Shown here piece after piece: positions 25,210-38,599 of a stretch of DNA of 64,000 nt. Position numbers and translations under genes: made by a program. The DNA lies in NCBI GenBank assembly GCA_951406725.2, contig OX597818.1, forward strand, positions 62,001-126,000, read 5' to 3'. Below the pieces are notes generated by a model that was given only the letters and a program-made list of their open reading frames with translations, was not told where the DNA came from and searched no databases. The DNA is from Octopus vulgaris (lineage: Eukaryota). How positions within the stretch are numbered: position 1 is the stretch's first letter; each line of letters opens with the position of its first letter.

Positions 25210-27240
25210 AGTAGATTCTGTAGAATATGTGCTGTTCCCAAAAGTGTTGTCTAGTGCAATGTCATAAAGCTAGAACAGATTCCAATTGGATCAAGGTGTT
25301 TCTGAATGTCTTTCGTCACTGATCCAAGTGATCCAATCTCAATTCTCTTGGCATCTTTTCTCAAACCTTTTCTTATATTCTTTACCACTGATATAAAGAT
25401 CTCCTGGACAAGATGCATTGATCAACAAGCACCTTGTATGTTCAAGAACTTTATCTGTCTGGATTGTAAAGCCCCACAAGAGTTTCCCTGTCTGATTTTC
25501 TAAGACCTTCTCTAGTTTGTGCAGATACTACTTCTCAGTGATTGGAATCCCGTATTTCTTGCATAAAGACAATGGAAGTGCAAACACACTTTATCATGAC
25601 GCCTTTTATATTCTCTCTGTGTATGAATGTCACTAACACTCAATGTATGTCACACTTTCCATCTTCTTCTCACATAACCTACACTTGTTTCATCTGGGTT
25701 ATGCATATTCCTTAGTGAGTTTGTGTTTAGTGCTTGACCCTAAACAGCAATCAACAAACTTTCTGTCTCTCTCTTAAGACCACCTTTTATCAACCATTTT
25801 CATGAAGATTCTGCTTTTACTTCTTTCATTTGTCTTTCAAACTGACCATGTAATTCCTTGCTGTCTCTCAATTTCTCGACGAGCAACTTCTGTTTGTAAT
25901 TTTCTTTACTTCCAAAAGTCTCAGTGCATAAGACTACTTTTGGAAACATATCTTGAAATTTCTTCTCTTCTACTGGTCAAATAAAAATTTAAAGACCTGC
26001 ATTCACTAGCCACACAATTTTTCACATGTATAAGTCCTCATCTTCCTTTCTTCAATGTATATAGCCTTATAACATTTGCCTTTGGGTGCATTGTACCATT
26101 GTCAACCATTTTCCTTCGTTTTAAACTATCAAACTTCTCTGTCTCTTCTTTGGTCCAATTCAAAATAGCTGCACTATATCCAATAACCAGCACAACCCAG
26201 ACTTTGATAGCAATAATCAAGTTTTTCCCATGCAACTTCATTTTCAGTAGCAGCTCCAACCTGTTTAGATAAACTTCCTTCACATTTCTTTTCATTTTAT
26301 CATTTAGAATTTTGTCCATTTCCAAAATATCCAGATTTTTGTACCCAATATCCTCAGGGTCACCAATTGACTCTCCATCATGTAACTCAATCCTACTACT
26401 ACATACACATTTACATCTTCATAGTCAGAGTGGCGCTCTTTGCAGTACCAACTCTAGCCCAGTGTCTTTACAATGCCAAAGTTCTGGCCAGTGAACCAAC
26501 CTGTGATTCATTCCTGCCAGAGAACTTCAGATCATCCATGAAAAGTAGATAATTGTTATTAGGTTCCCTATTTTCAGTCTGATAGCTAATATCTGTCTCC
26601 TGTAAGATCATCGATAATGGAACCAAGGCAATCACAAAGAGCAATGGTGAAAATGAAGCTTCTGGGAATATTCTTGTTTTTATACTGACAACACCTAGGT
26701 GTTTATTTCCTGTATACAGATTTGTTTTCCACAGAGGCATGCTAGACTCAATTTCTTTAATAATACCATCTGATGTTCCAAACATTCTCAAACATTTTAG
26801 TACCCATGAATGTGGGATCATGTTAAGGGCTTTCTAAAAATCTAACCAAGCTACATCCCCTCTATTCAACAGACAGTATCTCATTCTGAAGCAGGTGATC
26901 ATACACTTTTGCAGCAAAGCTGCCTGTCAACAATTTCCCAAGCAAATTCATGCACACAATTTGGCTGTAATATCCAGCTAACAGCCCCTTCGTTTTATCC
27001 TTCATTAACAAAGTTGTCTTCTCTTCAACCAACCAACTTGGAACTTCCCTTTATACTATAATCATTTACATGCTTTCCTAGTCTTGAATGAACACTTTTT
27101 TAATCTTTACAATCAAAATTCTTGGATCCTGTTCAGTCCAGAAGATTTCCAGTTTGGCATTTTCCTAACTTGTTCTTGAATGTCTTCCTTTGCAATTCTT
27201 TCCCATCTCTGTTTTAGCAGATTAAATAACTTAATCTCAA
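25210..27240 (-). mobile_element. Decayed R4-clade (RLE) LINE: RT, zinc knuckle and endonuclease relics
   Basis: MIPHSWVLKCL..SPLLFVIAL..LLFMDDLK RT motifs, YKNLDILE, CRLC and RHDKV motifs; many stops. Confidence 0.85.
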
Positions 27241-27276
27241 CTTTATTTACTATCATTATCATTATTATTATTATTA

Positions 27277-27908
27277 AGGTAGTGAGTGGGCAGAATTGTT
27301 AGCATGCCAAGCAAAATGCTTTGCAGCATTTCATCTATCCTTAGATTCTGAATTCAAATTCCACTAAGGCTGACTTTGCTTTTTTATCCTTTCGGGGTCG
27401 ATGAAATAAGTACCAATGAAACACTGGGGTCGATGTAATCAACTAGCCCCCTCCCCCAAAATTTCAGGCCTTGTGTCAATCGTAGAAAAGATTATCATTA
27501 TTATCGTTATTATTAAGGTGGCGAGCTGGCAGAATCATTAGCATGCTGGGCAAAATGCTTAGTGATGTTTCTTCTGCTGCTACATTCTGAGTTCAAATTT
27601 TGCCATGGTCAATTTTGTCTTTCATCCTTAAGTACCAGTTGAACACTGAGGTCAATGTAATTGATACATCCCCTCCCCCAAAATGGCTGCTCTTGTAGCA
27701 AAATTTGAAACCGTTATTATCATTATTATTAAGGTGGTGAGACGGCAGAATCATTAGAATGCCAGGCAAAATGCTAAGCAATATTTCATCCATCTTTACA
27801 TTCTGAGTTCAAATTCCATTAAGGCTGACTTTGCTTTTCATCTTTTTGGAATCAATAAAATAAGTACCAGTTGAGTACCATAGTGGTACTTGCACCAAAA
27901 TTTGAAAC

Positions 27909-27910
<2 letters not shown>
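27277..27910 (+). mobile_element. Three tandem SINE family A copies separated by (ATT)n
   Basis: Heads near 27277, 27515 and 27731, each followed by the family A body. Confidence 0.85.
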
Positions 27911-27966
<56 letters not shown>

Positions 27967-28695
27967 TTTTCTCAACTATTTGCATTATTTTGAGGCAATC
28001 TGGGTTAGTTATAATTAGTTTTCAATTTATATAAAACAATAAAGAAGAGGCAATCAAGCAGGTGAGTCATGGTTTTGGACTGTTCCACACTCATAGAAAG
28101 GGATTCGACACAATGTTCCCATTTGCTTTGATGTCTCTACTTAGACCAAATTCAATTTCTGCCAGTTCTATTTTCAAATAATACACAAAAACAGGTGGGT
28201 TTGAATGAATGAATTACGTGACAATTTGCATAATTACTCAAAACAGACTGTAACCATATAAAATCTTTACTGAATGTATTATATGTGTGTCTGTTTGTTT
28301 GTGCATTTACACACATATTTTTGAGTGTGTGTGTATACATACATACAAATACACACACACACACTCACATATATAGACGTATCCATATTTGCATGTGCAC
28401 AAGTATGTCTGTGTCTGTGTGCATTTCTAAATGGTTTTCTTTTTACCATTCCCCTTGCAGCTTCTTTTGATTATCCTCGATGTCATTCTCTGTCTTGCTG
28501 AAATTATGTTTCAAACCAGCTTTCCTTTTATCATATCTCCACAATTCTTCCACTGAAAATGATGTTGTCATCGAGATATAATTGGTTTGAGATTCCAGTG
28601 GAGTCCCTTAAGGATATTTATATATTTATTTTAATATCTATCTGGACATATAGACTATGTTGCTTCCAGTATATTTAATCTAGATATCTGACAAT

Positions 28696-28699
<4 letters not shown>

Positions 28700-28792
<93 letters not shown>

Positions 28793-29744
28793 TGTACGTG
28801 ATTGTAATTTATGCATGTCCACAAATTAGCACACATGTCGCTTCAATTTTAGGAGGACATTCGTGAATATCCTACCTGGGTTTTGTCAACTTATTTTCTT
28901 TCCGAGGCACCCACGGATACAGGTAAAAATCTATTTTCAGCCATAGCTTTTACCTATTTTGAAGGTTGAAAACATGAGTTAAGTCCCTTCCAGCCATAGC
29001 CAAGCAAAAGTGTGTGTGTGAGGGAGAGAGAGAAGTTGTGCATTGATGTATATGTGTGTGTGTGAGGGAGAGAGAGTGTTTCTCAATGTCTAACAAAAAT
29101 AGTAAAGAAAAAGTATATGTAAGGAAGAGAGATAGTTTGACGGCGTCTAACAAAAAAAAAAGGTAAAGACAAAGTGAGAGAGAGAGAGAGAGATAGAGAG
29201 AAAGAAAGAGAAGGAGAGGGAGAGTAAGTCACAGCGTTCATAAAATATAAAATGTAAAATGTTTTGTTTTTTCTTAAACACGAGATATAGTGTTCAAATT
29301 TAGGATGTTTTTGAAAGACACTATATTTTATAATCAGAGTATATATACTTTCTCACACAACAATTACAATATATTTATTTTAAATCATTTATTTATTTTA
29401 AATCGTTCATCTTTCTCCCTCCACTCTCTCACACATATATTACTTTGGGTGCAAAAGAGTTTTGTTTTTATTTTACGCTGAGTTAAAAAGTGTTTTGTTG
29501 AGAATCCATTTATTTAACATATCAGCACTGTCTTTCAAATATCTCATGAACATTACAAACACCTGACAGCAAAGCCTTCAAGCATATAACAGAAGTTATC
29601 TTTATTTCCTTAAATAACCCTACCAATTTCAACGGATTTAGCCCCAATTTGACGTTGATATTACTTAGTTTGGTTTGAAAAAAAGAACTTGATTAGCTTA
29701 ATAATCGTAACTTAATCCCGGGCAAGGCCGGGTTATACTGCTAG
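28700..29744 (+). mobile_element. Non-autonomous Helitron (5' boundary approximate)
   Basis: 3' hairpin CCCGG-GCAAGG-CCGGG followed by TTATACTG-CTAG|T at 29741-29745; 5' end obscured by (TC)(TA)(TG) microsatellites. Confidence 0.65.
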
Positions 29745-31667
29745 TATATATATATATATATATATATACATCAAATGTCAGTGGTGAATATAGATTCATT
29801 TTTCCATAAGACTTCCGTATGTTTACAGCTATTTCATAACCTTCCTCATGTAGTATTATTAATTTCAGTGTGCAAAATTATAGAATTGTATGATTTCTTT
29901 TAGGGTTTGTTTATTGATACAAATAACGAAAGCCACCTAATTAGAACATCATGGGTACATCTACAATTCAACTCTAAGTAGTCACACAAAATTCACCCTT
30001 TATATATACCATGTATAGGAGGCCAGAATTGGAAACAACAGTAAAAATGAAATAGACTTATATCATAGTACTCTTCTTTACAGAAGAATTTCACATGCTG
30101 CTGACTAATGGAATAATTTGGTATTTTGACACAGAGCCCCTGTTATGTTTAGGGATTACAGAGACAAATCTTACAGTGGTTTGAAAATAAATCACAAATT
30201 AAACAGGTAAAATAGACAAGATACAGGGCCTGGTTATTTCTATGTAATAATTTTTCAGGACTTTGGTAGGAATTTGACCAGAACTAGTGACTTTATTAGG
30301 TAGAGATTTCACATTCGCTTCCTGATTTTCTTTGCTTTGGAGCTCACATTCTTTTATCTGAAAGTACCCTCAAGAATTATGGCCTGTTGTGATCGGTATT
30401 TTGTACAAGGAAATTTTCTACCAAAGCTGGCAAAAGATATTGATCTTGTCTTTTTTTCTTATATCATCTTGTGAGTACTGTTGTACTGAACAAATTAATG
30501 AAGGTATGGCAAGTTGTTTCAGCAAGAGAGGGTGTTAGAAGGCAAAAAAAATATTGAAAGAGAAAGAAGAGGGAGAGAGGGGGAGAGCAAGAGAGTTTAC
30601 TGTACTCCACCATTTCTTCCTGCTGATGATGCCACTTGCTTTGTTTTTGTTTTAGTCTGACATCATAATTCCCATGTTTGATTGTGATCGTGCCTTGCTT
30701 TCAAAAACTATTATTTGTTCTCTGAGGTATTCTTTCTCCTCTTTAGTTCATGTAACCATTTCTGATTCCATTTCTATGATGTACAGAAGATTCATTCTAT
30801 ACATATAAGACACATTCTATCATTCATTCATATGTATCTACGAACACATACACATTTGTTTTTAATTATAAAAGTCAACAGCAAAAACGATGATGATGAT
30901 GATGATGCTGATAAGATAATACCAATAATAAATTCTTGAGATGTCATCTTCTCCCGATAGACTGACATTTATTTTCTGGAGTAAATACACAAACTAGAAA
31001 ACACAATCAAAGGTCGTTCTCTCCCTACTTCCTCCCACCTTTTTGTTCTTCTCAATTCTACAGAAATTCAAAAGACACCACACCAGGAACATCTATGTTT
31101 TTTGACATATCTTATTTCAACGGCTGATAAAAAGTTTGAAATAATATTTACCCTGCCTTAAACATTTGATATTTAGTCTGTCTAAAATATCTTTATACCT
31201 TCAGTTGTTTTGTCCTCTTTATTCTATAAACATAGATGAAGTTAAATGATTATCAGGCTTAGAGAAAAGATTGAAAGTTGAAGAGTGGAACTCACAGCTT
31301 GAATTTACAAATTCAGGTTTACTATTTTTCTTTTAATTTTTTTTTCTTTAAATTATTATGGATGTGATGAAAGGAATAGGAAAACCCTGAACAAACTTTG
31401 GCTGCTTTTATTGAAGTTAACAGGAAGTTGTTTTCTCTCACTCTCTCTTACCTATCTCACACTACTATCTATATACATTTGCATGTACAGGAACAAGTAA
31501 ATGTATGCATGCATGTATGCACACACACACACATATATACACACACATATATATGTACATACATATACACACACACATACATACACACACACACACACAC
31601 ATATATATATGTAAATACATACATACATATATATGTACACACGCACATACATATATGTGCATACATA

Positions 31668-32520
31668 TGTGGTATGATCAATAAGTATCCACACTCTTGC
31701 CATAGTAACGAAATTAAAGTACACAGAGTGAAGCCACTTGGCTCAGATTGACCTTGAACTCTGCTGTACATGTGTAATAAGTTTTAGCATTTTCACTCAC
31801 TTCTGCTGTTCACAACAGTGCTTGAAAGGAAGGTGTGTAGCATGTGATCACCGCATTGACAATGACAAAGAAAGTTGAACAGAAAATCTGCATCAAATTT
31901 TGTCAAAAGCTTGGCGACACGTGCTCAGACACCTATACAAAGTTTTCAAAAAGTTTTCATTGTTCTCATCACAATCAAAACGATTTTGTTCAACTAAAGC
32001 CCGAGTGTCAACTTGGTCAGCTGAAAGCAGTTTTGGCACAAACTTGGCAGTGATAGTAAACTGAACTGAACTGTGACTAATCTGCACATCTTCTGATAAC
32101 TCACAGATGGTGATTTGATGATTTCCCCTCACAACTGCATGCACATCTGTGATGTTTTCCTCAGTTCTACTGGTTGTGGTTTCCCAGAGCATTTGTTAAT
32201 ATCGACATTCTTTAGCCATCTTGAAAGCTTATGAACCACTTGTACACTTCTAATGCGGCTCATACACTCCACTCCATACACTCTCTGCAATTTTGAGGAG
32301 GTATCACCATGACAACTTTCTCTCTCATGGTCAATGCGATGAACACGTCTTACACACCTTACTTCCAAACGCTGCTGAAAATAGCAGAAGTGAGCTAGAT
32401 TGTTAACACTTAGTGTACATGCACAGCAGAGTTCAAGGTCAATCTTTGCCAAGCGACTTCACTCTGTGTGCTTTAGCTTCATTACTATGGCAACAGTCTG
32501 GATATTCATTAATCAAACTT

Positions 32521-32522
<2 letters not shown>
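31668..32522. mobile_element. Mariner-derived palindromic MITE (two inverted 5' ends)
   Basis: About 200 bp diverged inverted arms with TA flanks; plus strand MTKKVEQKICIKFCQKLGDT; minus strand HTH remnant ITICELSEDVQIS..AKFVPKLL. Confidence 0.82.
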
Positions 32523-32588
<66 letters not shown>

Positions 32589-32764
32589 GACATACACACA
32601 TACATATATGCACATGTATGTACACCAATCGCCATGCTTGATCGCTATACCCACAAGCTTTTTTATTTTCTCTTATTCCTTTCTGTTGAAGACCACATGT
32701 ACATCATGATTGACTGCTAAATACACAAGTTTTTTTTATTCTCTCTCTTCTTTTTTATACTCTC

Positions 32765-33070
32765 AGCATGCCCAGGAAAGTACAGGACCAGATACTGCAA
32801 CAGCTTGGGCTTCAAAGGCTCACAGCTCTTTAATATCCCTCAAATGCCTGAGAGACCTGCATGGTATGGTTGTGTCTTTAAAACAAAACTGGATCTCTTC
32901 CTGTCAAGGGTTCCAGAGGAGCCTACCTCACAGCAGGAAACACAGATGAGGGCAGTGGCATCAAACTCTGTCATTGACCAAATGCCACATGTCAGAGGAG
33001 GTTTCAAATATTGGTGTATTTTAGTCAATGGTGGTGTCCCAGCATGACTGCAGCTTTGAAGCTGAAATGT
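32765..33070 (+). mobile_element. CR1-like LINE 3' end
   Basis: GFKGSQLFNI...FKTKLDLFLSRVPEEP resembles a CR1 ORF2 C-terminus. Confidence 0.65.
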
Positions 33071-33087
33071 TATTGAAGATATTAAAG

Positions 33088-33119
<32 letters not shown>

Positions 33120-33151
33120 ATGTGTGTGTGTGTGTATGTGTACATGTAGAT

Positions 33152-33193
<42 letters not shown>

Positions 33194-33798
33194 CAATAAA
33201 TTTTAGGGTAGCAAAAAATTCTAGAAAAATTCTCCGCTACCAGCGGTCAAGTGAGAAAGATAAGAGAGTCAATAGACTATATAATATACATTCAAATATA
33301 TAAGGAATGGCCATGATAGGACATTCGACTGACTAGAAAGAGCAGCCAAGCTCCAAACCACTAACAGTTACAATTCTGAAATTGAAAGAGAAATAAAAAA
33401 CCTTTCCTTTCTGCACTATGCATAGTTTCGGCGAACTTAAGTAAACAAATTAATTAAATTAAATTTATTTACAACTGGCGTTGTAAATAAATTTGTTTTG
33501 GTGATGAAATTTTCTTGTACTTAAATCTGTACACTTAGTTAATTGCCCCCAAAATTTCTTACTTACTTTTGCAACGGTTTTGTGTTTTCTGCTGTTAACA
33601 GCTTTTTTCTGGTTCCTTCAATACTGGCTCTTTGGTTCACTGACAAATTTCACTTCAATCCATACAATTCTTTATCTTCCATAAAAATTTCATATTTACT
33701 TTCTGCCCATCATATTAAAAAATATAATTTCTGTTACCCAGTTACTTTCGTTGTTTACTATCTTCTGCACCCGTGTATTTCTGTATACATATATAACC

Positions 33799-34420
33799 AT
33801 GCCTAGAAGGAAAATGTCAAATTTGTCTACAATGTCAAGGTCAGCCAAAAGAATGCCTCTGTCCAGGGAAAGAGTGACAGTTGCAGAAACTGAAGCATAC
33901 AAAGAAACGAACAGACTGTGCACTACAAAAGCCAGAGCATCTCAAAGTGATGAACAGAGGTATGCAAGGCTGACAAGGAATAGGATCTCCACTGCAGAAC
34001 AAAGAGTAGGTGTAACAGCTCAGAGAAGCAATTTCTATGAAGCAGCTTTCAATTACGATCCGGCAGTTCATTATGCAGATGATACTAGAGTTTCCATTGG
34101 TGCAATGAAAACTGAGTGCATACATCATAAAGCAACGAAGTGGCCTGGAGAGACACCTGCACTATGCTGCAGTGGTGGAAAGGTTAAACTCCCTGCAATA
34201 CCTGAACCTCCAGAGCCATTGAAGAGACTGTTGTCATCAACTGACCAAGATTCCGAGCACTTCCAAAACAAAATTAGACAATACAATGCTGAACTACAGA
34301 TGACATCATTTGGAGACACAAGAGATTTAACTGAGCCAGGATTCATGCAAACTTTCAAGGTACAAGGTTAGATTTATCGGTGAATTGGCACTCTATTACC
34401 TCTGTCAAATGTATCACCAA
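33799..34420 (+). pseudogene. Helitron RepHel N-terminal fragment
   Basis: MPRRKMSNL...AAFNYDP..IGAM..CCSGGKVKLP..PPEPL..IRQYN..QMTSFG..FKVQG*IYR*IGTLLP, a typical Helitron zinc-finger/pre-Rep region with stops. Confidence 0.9.
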
Positions 34421-34871
34421 AATCAGCCTTTCATTGTTTATAATCTGTACCTGGGTTTTGGTTATGAAATAAGCTACACAAAATGTGATTTTGAATTATG
34501 TGTATTTATTTTATATATATATATGAGTTGAAAACTTTCTTTTAACATTTCAGTTAACGTCTGTGCTCCATGCTGGCATGGGTTGGAGAGTTATTAATGT
34601 AGAAAGTTGGTATCTCAGCTACTAGCAGTTGAGACCAACGTAATCTGGATGGCATTTTAAAATTTCATTATTCTCTTTAACCCGGGCAATGCCAGATATT
34701 TCTGCTAGTATTATAATACAAATAAATCATTGATCGTCAATTAAATCTCTCTATTTAATTTATTGTTTGTAATTTGCATAATACCCATATTTATGTGGTA
34801 TTCAACTGATGTACCAGTGAATTGGATGTTTTACACACTTCTTTGAAGGAATTCCTTTCCTTAGTTTGTTA

Positions 34872-36157
34872 CTAAGTTGATTACATCAACCCCAGTGCAC
34901 AAGGGGTATGTACTTTATGAATCCTGAAGAGATGAAAGGCAAAGTCAACCTTCACAGAATTTGAACCCAGAATATGAAGAAGGATGAAATACCACTAAGC
35001 ATTTTGTCTGGTGTGCTAATGGTTCTGCCAACTCACCACCCAAATGTTAAGAGAAATATTAAACCTCTTTGCCATCAGTGTCAAGTCTTCTACACTTTTT
35101 CCTCATCCTCATTGAAAGAGTTGCTACTTCCATTTATTCTCTTTTCCTTCTTTCAGGTTCTCACCATTATCAGCTATTTCTCCTTTTTTATCTCTTTCTC
35201 ACCATTTTACTCTCTCTCTCTCTCTCTCATACTTCTTCAATTTTTATCTCTCTGCCTCTCTCCTACAATCATCTTCCACTTACCAACTCTCAAGAAATCA
35301 GAAGCAAGTTGATATTTTTAGTCAAAGACTTGATTGGTGCTGCTACTGACTATGACTTAACTGTTGATATTAAAGCTGAAAGACAAATTTTGTGGATGCA
35401 AGTTCAAATTACAGTCATGATTAAATGTAGACATTTTAAAATATTTTTACAAAATATTGGCCACAATTGATGTTTCCTTCAATCATGCCACAGAAAAAGA
35501 CTTGCCTCATGCACATATTTTGTTCTGGTTTACAAATAAGATTCACTTAAATAAACTGATTCCATTATATCTGCAGAGACCCATGGAGGGAAAAAGGATT
35601 CTTCCATATTGTCAGAATCCAGGTGGTTTTTGTTCTCAGCCCTCAACAGGAAGTCTCTTCGCATGGAAAATAACAAATGTACCAAATATTTTCCGAAGAC
35701 AATTTTGTGAAGGAGAATCAAACAGGTTAAAGTGGCTATCCCTCTTACAGAAAAAGGGTAAAAGAAGACAGAGGTTCCCAGACCTTGACTGACAGCTAAT
35801 GCAAAATCCCATCAATTATGTCTGCTAATGTCATTAAGGGATCTGATGCTGCAATATTTGCTGATTTAGCAAAACAGCAGCAATGACATTACCCAATTCT
35901 AGCAGGGTTAAGCAGAATGATTTTTTTTTGTTTCCTAGATGTTTCTGGTGTAACTGGAAAGACGTTCCTAATCAGTCTTTTGTTGGCCAAGTCCATCAAC
36001 AAAAAGACTTAAGTATTGCAACTGATTTCTTCAGCTTCTACTATCACCATATTCCTTTCTGGTGGAAGTGGGGTGTTTAACATACAACATCGTTTGCTTG
36101 TAAACTTCTCTTGGACACAAACAATAAAACTGTTTGCAACCATCCAGGAACCAGACA
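34872..36157 (+). repeat. Left arm of a large inverted duplication
   Basis: Reverse complement of 39512-41227 except for ~415 bp absent at ~35069; identical ORF translations on opposite strands (111, 63 and 65 aa). Confidence 0.95.
35490..36157 (+). pseudogene. Decayed Helitron Rep/PIF1-helicase relic (duplicated copy)
   Basis: HUH motif LPHAHILFW and Walker-A-like FLDVSGVTGKTFLISLLLA. Confidence 0.75.
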
Positions 36158-36336
36158 TGAAAGGAATGGTTGGAGGCCCAAACTTCTGAATTCTTTTACA
36201 GGGCTTAGTAAAACTGAAGTACTGCTGCAATAAGTATGTAAATCTAGGAAGGGAATATGTTGAATAAAATCCTAATTATCTGATCCTCCTGTATTTTCTT
36301 TTACCCAAAGCCAGGAAATTTTTGGTACCCCCTCAT
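36158..36336 (+). mobile_element. Mariner 3' end fragment with TIR
   Basis: KEWLEAQTSEFF...NKYVNLGREYVE* followed by AAATTTTTGGTACCCCCTCA|TA. Confidence 0.7.
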
Positions 36337-38599
36337 ATATAAACATATATACAGACATAGATATAGTGTGTGTGTGTGTCTGTGTGTACATGTGTGTGTG
36401 TGTGTGCAGACACAGTAGAGTACTGTCAAGTGATTGAAGCATTGTGATTTCAGAAGATAAATAATGAAATAGTTTCATAGAGTTTATTACAAAGCATCGA
36501 GAGAATTGAGAATTTATTAATTCCTTATATTTCAGGTGAATACATACACACACACATATACAGAAACCTCATTGTCATAATCATCATCATCTAACATACA
36601 TCTTCCGTGCTGGTATTGAATTGATGTGTGTGTGTGTGTGTGTGTGTTACTCTCTTTCTTATTTACAGCAAACTACTTTAAGTTTCATGCTCTGGAGAAT
36701 ACCATTGAGCCCACTCAGTTGTTCAATAAGTTGCCATATTCATATTTGATTATCTCTATCAATCTTCACATACATACTATAGATTTACGTCATATATAGT
36801 TTTGCGCAGTACATGTATCATTCCACCTACACATACATATGTTAGATATTTATTTTGGAAAGACTTTACTTCTATAATTCCTTTTAATGTGATTTTTTTC
36901 AGAGCTGTCAGTTTGCATATCATTATAGATATTTAGCTATTTTTCATAACTAATATCCTATAATTTTCCCATTTAAGTCAGACATATCTGTCATAAGACA
37001 GAGCTTACCACAAACATAGTCCTTACTTATTATATGAGACTTTATTCACACAACACTGTTTGTATGTTGTTAGATTTCCACTTTAATATTGATTTTCATA
37101 AACAAAATAATTTTTTAGTTTAAGAATATTTCTGCTATTCATCTTCCAAAATATTTTTTCATCAACAACTAGTATTTTTATTTAAATCACGCCATTTTTA
37201 CCCTGTAACAGCCATAAATAAGATCCTGTTGCTTTTCTTTTACATGTATATACTTATACGTAACAAGGAAATTTAATGATGAGGTTTGCATAAGAGAAAT
37301 AATTGAAGAATGATATCATTTGATTATTAATATGACCATTTATTATATGTCATTTATTATGGTGTTAGAATTTTGAAGATGATTATAATCACACTTGCTA
37401 CAAAATATAAAATTTGCAACTGTGTCAAGTTGTTTGTGTATGGATGTTTTCATAGATGCAATAAAATATTTGTCATTGTCTCTCTGGTCCATTGTGCAAA
37501 TTAATTAGTTTAGTTTCTCTGTGACTGCCAGGGAAAAAGACATTGTATTAGTACCTTTATAATTAGAGAGAGTGATAAGTCTGTTCTTATGCATTACTGT
37601 TTGAGTAGAGACTGGGTTGAATGCTCTTGGTTTGGTGCCAAATTTACCAAAAAGTGAGATAGCTATCTGCTTGTTTTTATAATTTGCTGACTGAAGTATG
37701 TCAAACTAAAAACAATAGGGTTCTCCATCCTATTGACTGGAGAATATCCCAAGAAAGATCAAGAGGTAAGCACATTTCCATTAATCTCTGAATGCAAAAA
37801 AAGGTTGAGACAGCAAACTGACGATTTATTTGACAATGTGGAAAAATGTGGATTTGATTTCAAATCTTGACTTAACTATTCTGTAGTAGTTTAATTTCTG
37901 TGATTCACTATTTCTACAAATTCTATTGATTTTACTATAATTTTGTCAAAGTTTCTTGATACTAAACGTATATAATTTTATTACTCTACAAGCAGAATAC
38001 CTACCATTGACCAGACTAGAAGTCACTAAAATTTGTCTTAATGAAGTTGTATTAGGTTTGATAGAACACCATTGGATTTCTCTTGAAAATTATCTTTCAA
38101 CTAAGAATTGAAATTGTTACGCAATACGTATTTAACAGTTTGAGGCTTAATGCACTGTGCTATGGATACACACTTAGTATTAATAGAATACTCCACAATT
38201 TAATTGTGTAAATGACATACAAGCTAAGTAAAGCAAATTAAGTAAGAATACAAGTGCGTGTAAATGTCAAAGCATTTATTTAATCTTTTATTTTTGAAAT
38301 TCTTTAATTGTTAATTAATTTGAAAAATGAATAGAAATAGGAATGATGGGAAGTAAGCCACTTATGGAAATAAATCCATTTTACAGTGTGTAGATATGCG
38401 GGTGCTCGAAGGATATCAAATATTGGAACTGTAATATAGGCACTGGTAAAGAAATATTAAAAGTTGTAAAAAGGCCCTGCTCAAGAGAAATTTGATCTGA
38501 TTCATCATAGCTTTGGTAATTCTAAACATCATGTCAGCACTTCAGGATATATAGTGTTATATGGAGAAATTCAAAAACTTGAACATGTTTTACTTAACA

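Noticed and set aside
33410-33500. Minus-strand GAAA with palindromic ACTATGCATAGT and a nearby AT-rich hairpin as a hammerhead
   Set aside because: No CTGANGA core at a compatible position.
33751-34371. 206-aa ORF as a host gene
   Set aside because: It is a Helitron RepHel N-terminus; homology continues through stop codons and a zinc-finger Cys is lost.
36650-38550. Microsatellite-poor spacer interior as a hidden gene
   Set aside because: No ORF of 60 aa or more and no motif I can recognise; left unassigned.
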